Assembly (NCBI GenBank): GCA_964547425.1
Contig: CAZJNH010000004.1
Span: forward strand, 7,226 to 71,225
Reading direction: 5' to 3'
Origin: an uncultured Candidatus Saccharibacteria bacterium
GTDB lineage: Bacteria; Patescibacteriota; Saccharimonadia; UBA4664; CAZJNH01
Length of the DNA: 64,000 nucleotides
The position numbers were made by a program, and so were the translations under genes. The first letter of the stretch is position 1. Every line of letters starts with the position of its first letter. Below, piece by piece: positions 61,952-64,000 of this stretch. Below the pieces are notes generated by a model that saw nothing but the letters and a program-made list of their open reading frames with translations, was not told the origin of the DNA and made no database searches.

Positions 61952-63116
61952 CTTTCACTGCCGTTTGATAAACCTCGACGATAGCTTGATTTCGCCGCTC
62001 GATCGAGAATTGATGGCCACTTTTGAACTTATTTTTGCCGGCGAACGCCATTTTGGCTAACTCTGCGCGGTTGGCAACGCAATAAGTCAGGGTCTTAGCC
62101 AGTTCGGCGTACAACACTTTATTGAAGTTCGGCTTGGTCACCGAATCCATATCAGCCTTTGAAGGAATGACCACTTTTGATAGTAATGAGCTTGGTACAC
62201 GCATCAGTAATCCATCAACCTTGTCGTCCACCAGCTCAGGGATAGCAAACTGGTCGGTCGCAACTACGGGGGTTCCGCAGGAGAGGGAGTCTAAAATGGC
62301 CATGCCGAAGGTGTCTTCTTTGGTCGGCAGGATATAAAGGTCAGCGGGGATAAAAAACTGTTCCGCAATTTCTTTAGTAGAGAAGTTCGGTTCCAACAAT
62401 CTAGCATTCGGCAGTGCGTACTTGTCTACTACCTCCTTGGCATCGGCGGATATTACCGTTAGATCGATAGCGCCACCACCTTGCTGGTTCAAGGTTTGTA
62501 CAGCTTTGAGTAGTTCCTCGAGCCCCTTCAAGTAACATTGGTTGCCGACAAACAGCACCTGTAGCTTGTCGCTGGAGTTTTTGAGGTAAACGTATTTAGC
62601 TTTGTAGCCGTAAGCTTCGGCCGGTTTGAGCGCTGGATAAACGACGTGGATTTTGCCTTTAATCGATTGGTATTCGCCATCATCAAAATACTCTTCTAGG
62701 GTCTTTTTGGCCGCATTACTTAAACAGAATATCGCTTTGCAGTTGGGGTTTTGTAAAAACCGCAGGATTTCCGGCTTTTTGCCCGGATCAGGGACAAAGT
62801 TGCTTAAGCCGGCTACGTGTTCGACATCAACAACGTAAGGTAAGTTCGGCGGATCGCGGTCGATGATGTTGATGTAGTGATAGAGATCGGCCTTGTCGCC
62901 AGAAGCTTTGCGGACAAAAAACAGCTTTTCGGCCAGTCTGATCAGCGACTTTCCTAGCGGAAGTTCCCTAAAGTGGCGGTGCAAGAAAACGAAACGGCTG
63001 ACCAGCTTGCTGGGTTTGGGCAGCAAGTACTCGACTCCGGCCGGCGGATCGTCAACCAGTGACCGGTGAATGCGATGAAGCGATTTGTAATTTCGGTAAA
63101 CTAATCTGACCTTCAT
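61932..63116 (-). CDS. Glycosyltransferase family 4
   Basis: LFVG..KG, DTFGMAILDS (Asp variant of EX7E), GTPVV. Confidence 0.88.
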   Translation of the reverse strand: MKVRLVYRNYKSLHRIHRSLVDDPPAGVEYLLPKPSKLVSRFVFLHRHFRELPLGKSLIRLAEKLFFVRKASGDKADLYHYINIIDRDPPNLPYVVDVEHVAGLSNFVPDPGKKPEILRFLQNPNCKAIFCLSNAAKKTLEEYFDDGEYQSIKGKIHVVYPALKPAEAYGYKAKYVYLKNSSDKLQVLFVGNQCYLKGLEELLKAVQTLNQQGGGAIDLTVISADAKEVVDKYALPNARLLEPNFSTKEIAEQFFIPADLYILPTKEDTFGMAILDSLSCGTPVVATDQFAIPELVDDKVDGLLMRVPSSLLSKVVIPSKADMDSVTKPNFNKVLYAELAKTLTYCVANRAELAKMAFAGKNKFKSGHQFSIERRNQAIVEVYQTAVKASAPRR

Positions 63117-64000
63117 TTAACCTTCTCGATGAGTTTTTGCAGTTGGCTGGCAATTCGGTCGGTAGAGAAACGGTCCTGGTAAAGTTGGCGGCCTCTTTCC
63201 CTTATTTTAAACAGTTCTGCCCGGTGCTGAGCAGCCCATTCAACGGTTTTGGCTAGAGCCTCCGAAGATCCTTGTTCGACAAGCAACACATTGCGGCGGT
63301 CACGAAAACCGACCTCTTCATCGATTTTACCCACGACGGTTGGTTTGGCCATAGCCAAAAACTGGTAGGTTTTGCCGGAAATAACCAGGCGTGACTGCGG
63401 AGTGTTCCCAAACGGCCCGCCCAGGCACAAATCAGCATCCGCGATCATTTTAGGCAGCTCGTCGTACGGTACCCACCCTACTAATTCTACGTTTTCCAGG
63501 TTTTTGTTGATGACGGCAGACCTTAACTTCTCGTATCGCGCGGGCTGGTTTGATCCGCCGACGATCGTGAATTTTATTTCTGGTTTGGAGCGGAGCAGTT
63601 CGGCGGCGCCGAGAATTATTTCCACGCCGTGAAGCGGTAAAAGCGTCCCATAGAAAAAGACCTTAAACTGCTTGGTCTTCTTTGATTTTGCCGCCGGCCC
63701 AAACAATGATTCATCGGCGCCGACGTACACCGTTTCGTATTTACTCACGCGGAGCCCGTAGGACTTGGCTGAGCTTTGAGAGTGCAGTTTGGTATCGCTC
63801 AATATCTTTTGAGAGCGGGCCATAAAAAAAGCCAAATAGCTTCGAAGTAGTTTGCTCAAGAGCGAGTCAGGCTTTAGTATTTGATGCTCATTTACCAGCC
63901 AATTATCCAGATTGATAAATTCGTCGAAAATCAAAGGCTTGCCAGCGGTCAAAATCCGCACAAGACCGAGGATCTCGTGGCCGCGAAAACCAAGAATATA
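63113..64000 (-). CDS. Glycosyltransferase family 4, 5' end beyond the window
   Basis: FYGTLLPLHGVE, ADLCLG, KTYQFLAM; frame open to window edge. Confidence 0.85.
   Translation of the reverse strand, partial: YILGFRGHEILGLVRILTAGKPLIFDEFINLDNWLVNEHQILKPDSLLSKLLRSYLAFFMARSQKILSDTKLHSQSSAKSYGLRVSKYETVYVGADESLFGPAAKSKKTKQFKVFFYGTLLPLHGVEIILGAAELLRSKPEIKFTIVGGSNQPARYEKLRSAVINKNLENVELVGWVPYDELPKMIADADLCLGGPFGNTPQSRLVISGKTYQFLAMAKPTVVGKIDEEVGFRDRRNVLLVEQGSSEALAKTVEWAAQHRAELFKIRERGRQLYQDRFSTDRIASQLQKLIEKVK

Overview
Chromosomal segment of a Patescibacteria (CPR, most like Saccharibacteria) genome, translation table 11. In order it holds: a type IV pilus locus (two ~85%-identical major pilins flanking an ArnT/GT-C glycosyltransferase and a repeat-flanked four-helix-bundle gene, minor pilins, a 900-aa PilX-like adhesin, pilMNO), yebC-ruvC-kinase-ruvAB, a two-component system, tRNA-Lys, a truncated AsnRS paralog, hrcA-grpE-dnaK-dnaJ with CIRCE boxes, tilS-ftsH-murJ-lepA, three CAU tRNAs, redox and ABC genes, a group I intron-split tRNA-Asn next to a free-standing HNH gene, lexA, a VanW gene and a dTDP-rhamnose/surface glycan cluster with a frameshifted rmlA. 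Most notable signals: (1) an unidentified ~450-nt highly structured ncRNA beside the CAU tRNA cluster; (2) an ORF-less tRNA-Asn group I intron paired with an adjacent HNH nuclease; (3) inverted copies of each tRNA's own 3' end downstream of three tRNAs; (4) a four-helix-bundle cassette with terminal inverted repeats and an empty copy about 10 kb away; (5) two leaderless-uORF attenuator-like leaders. All calls come from reading the sequence; no searches were run.
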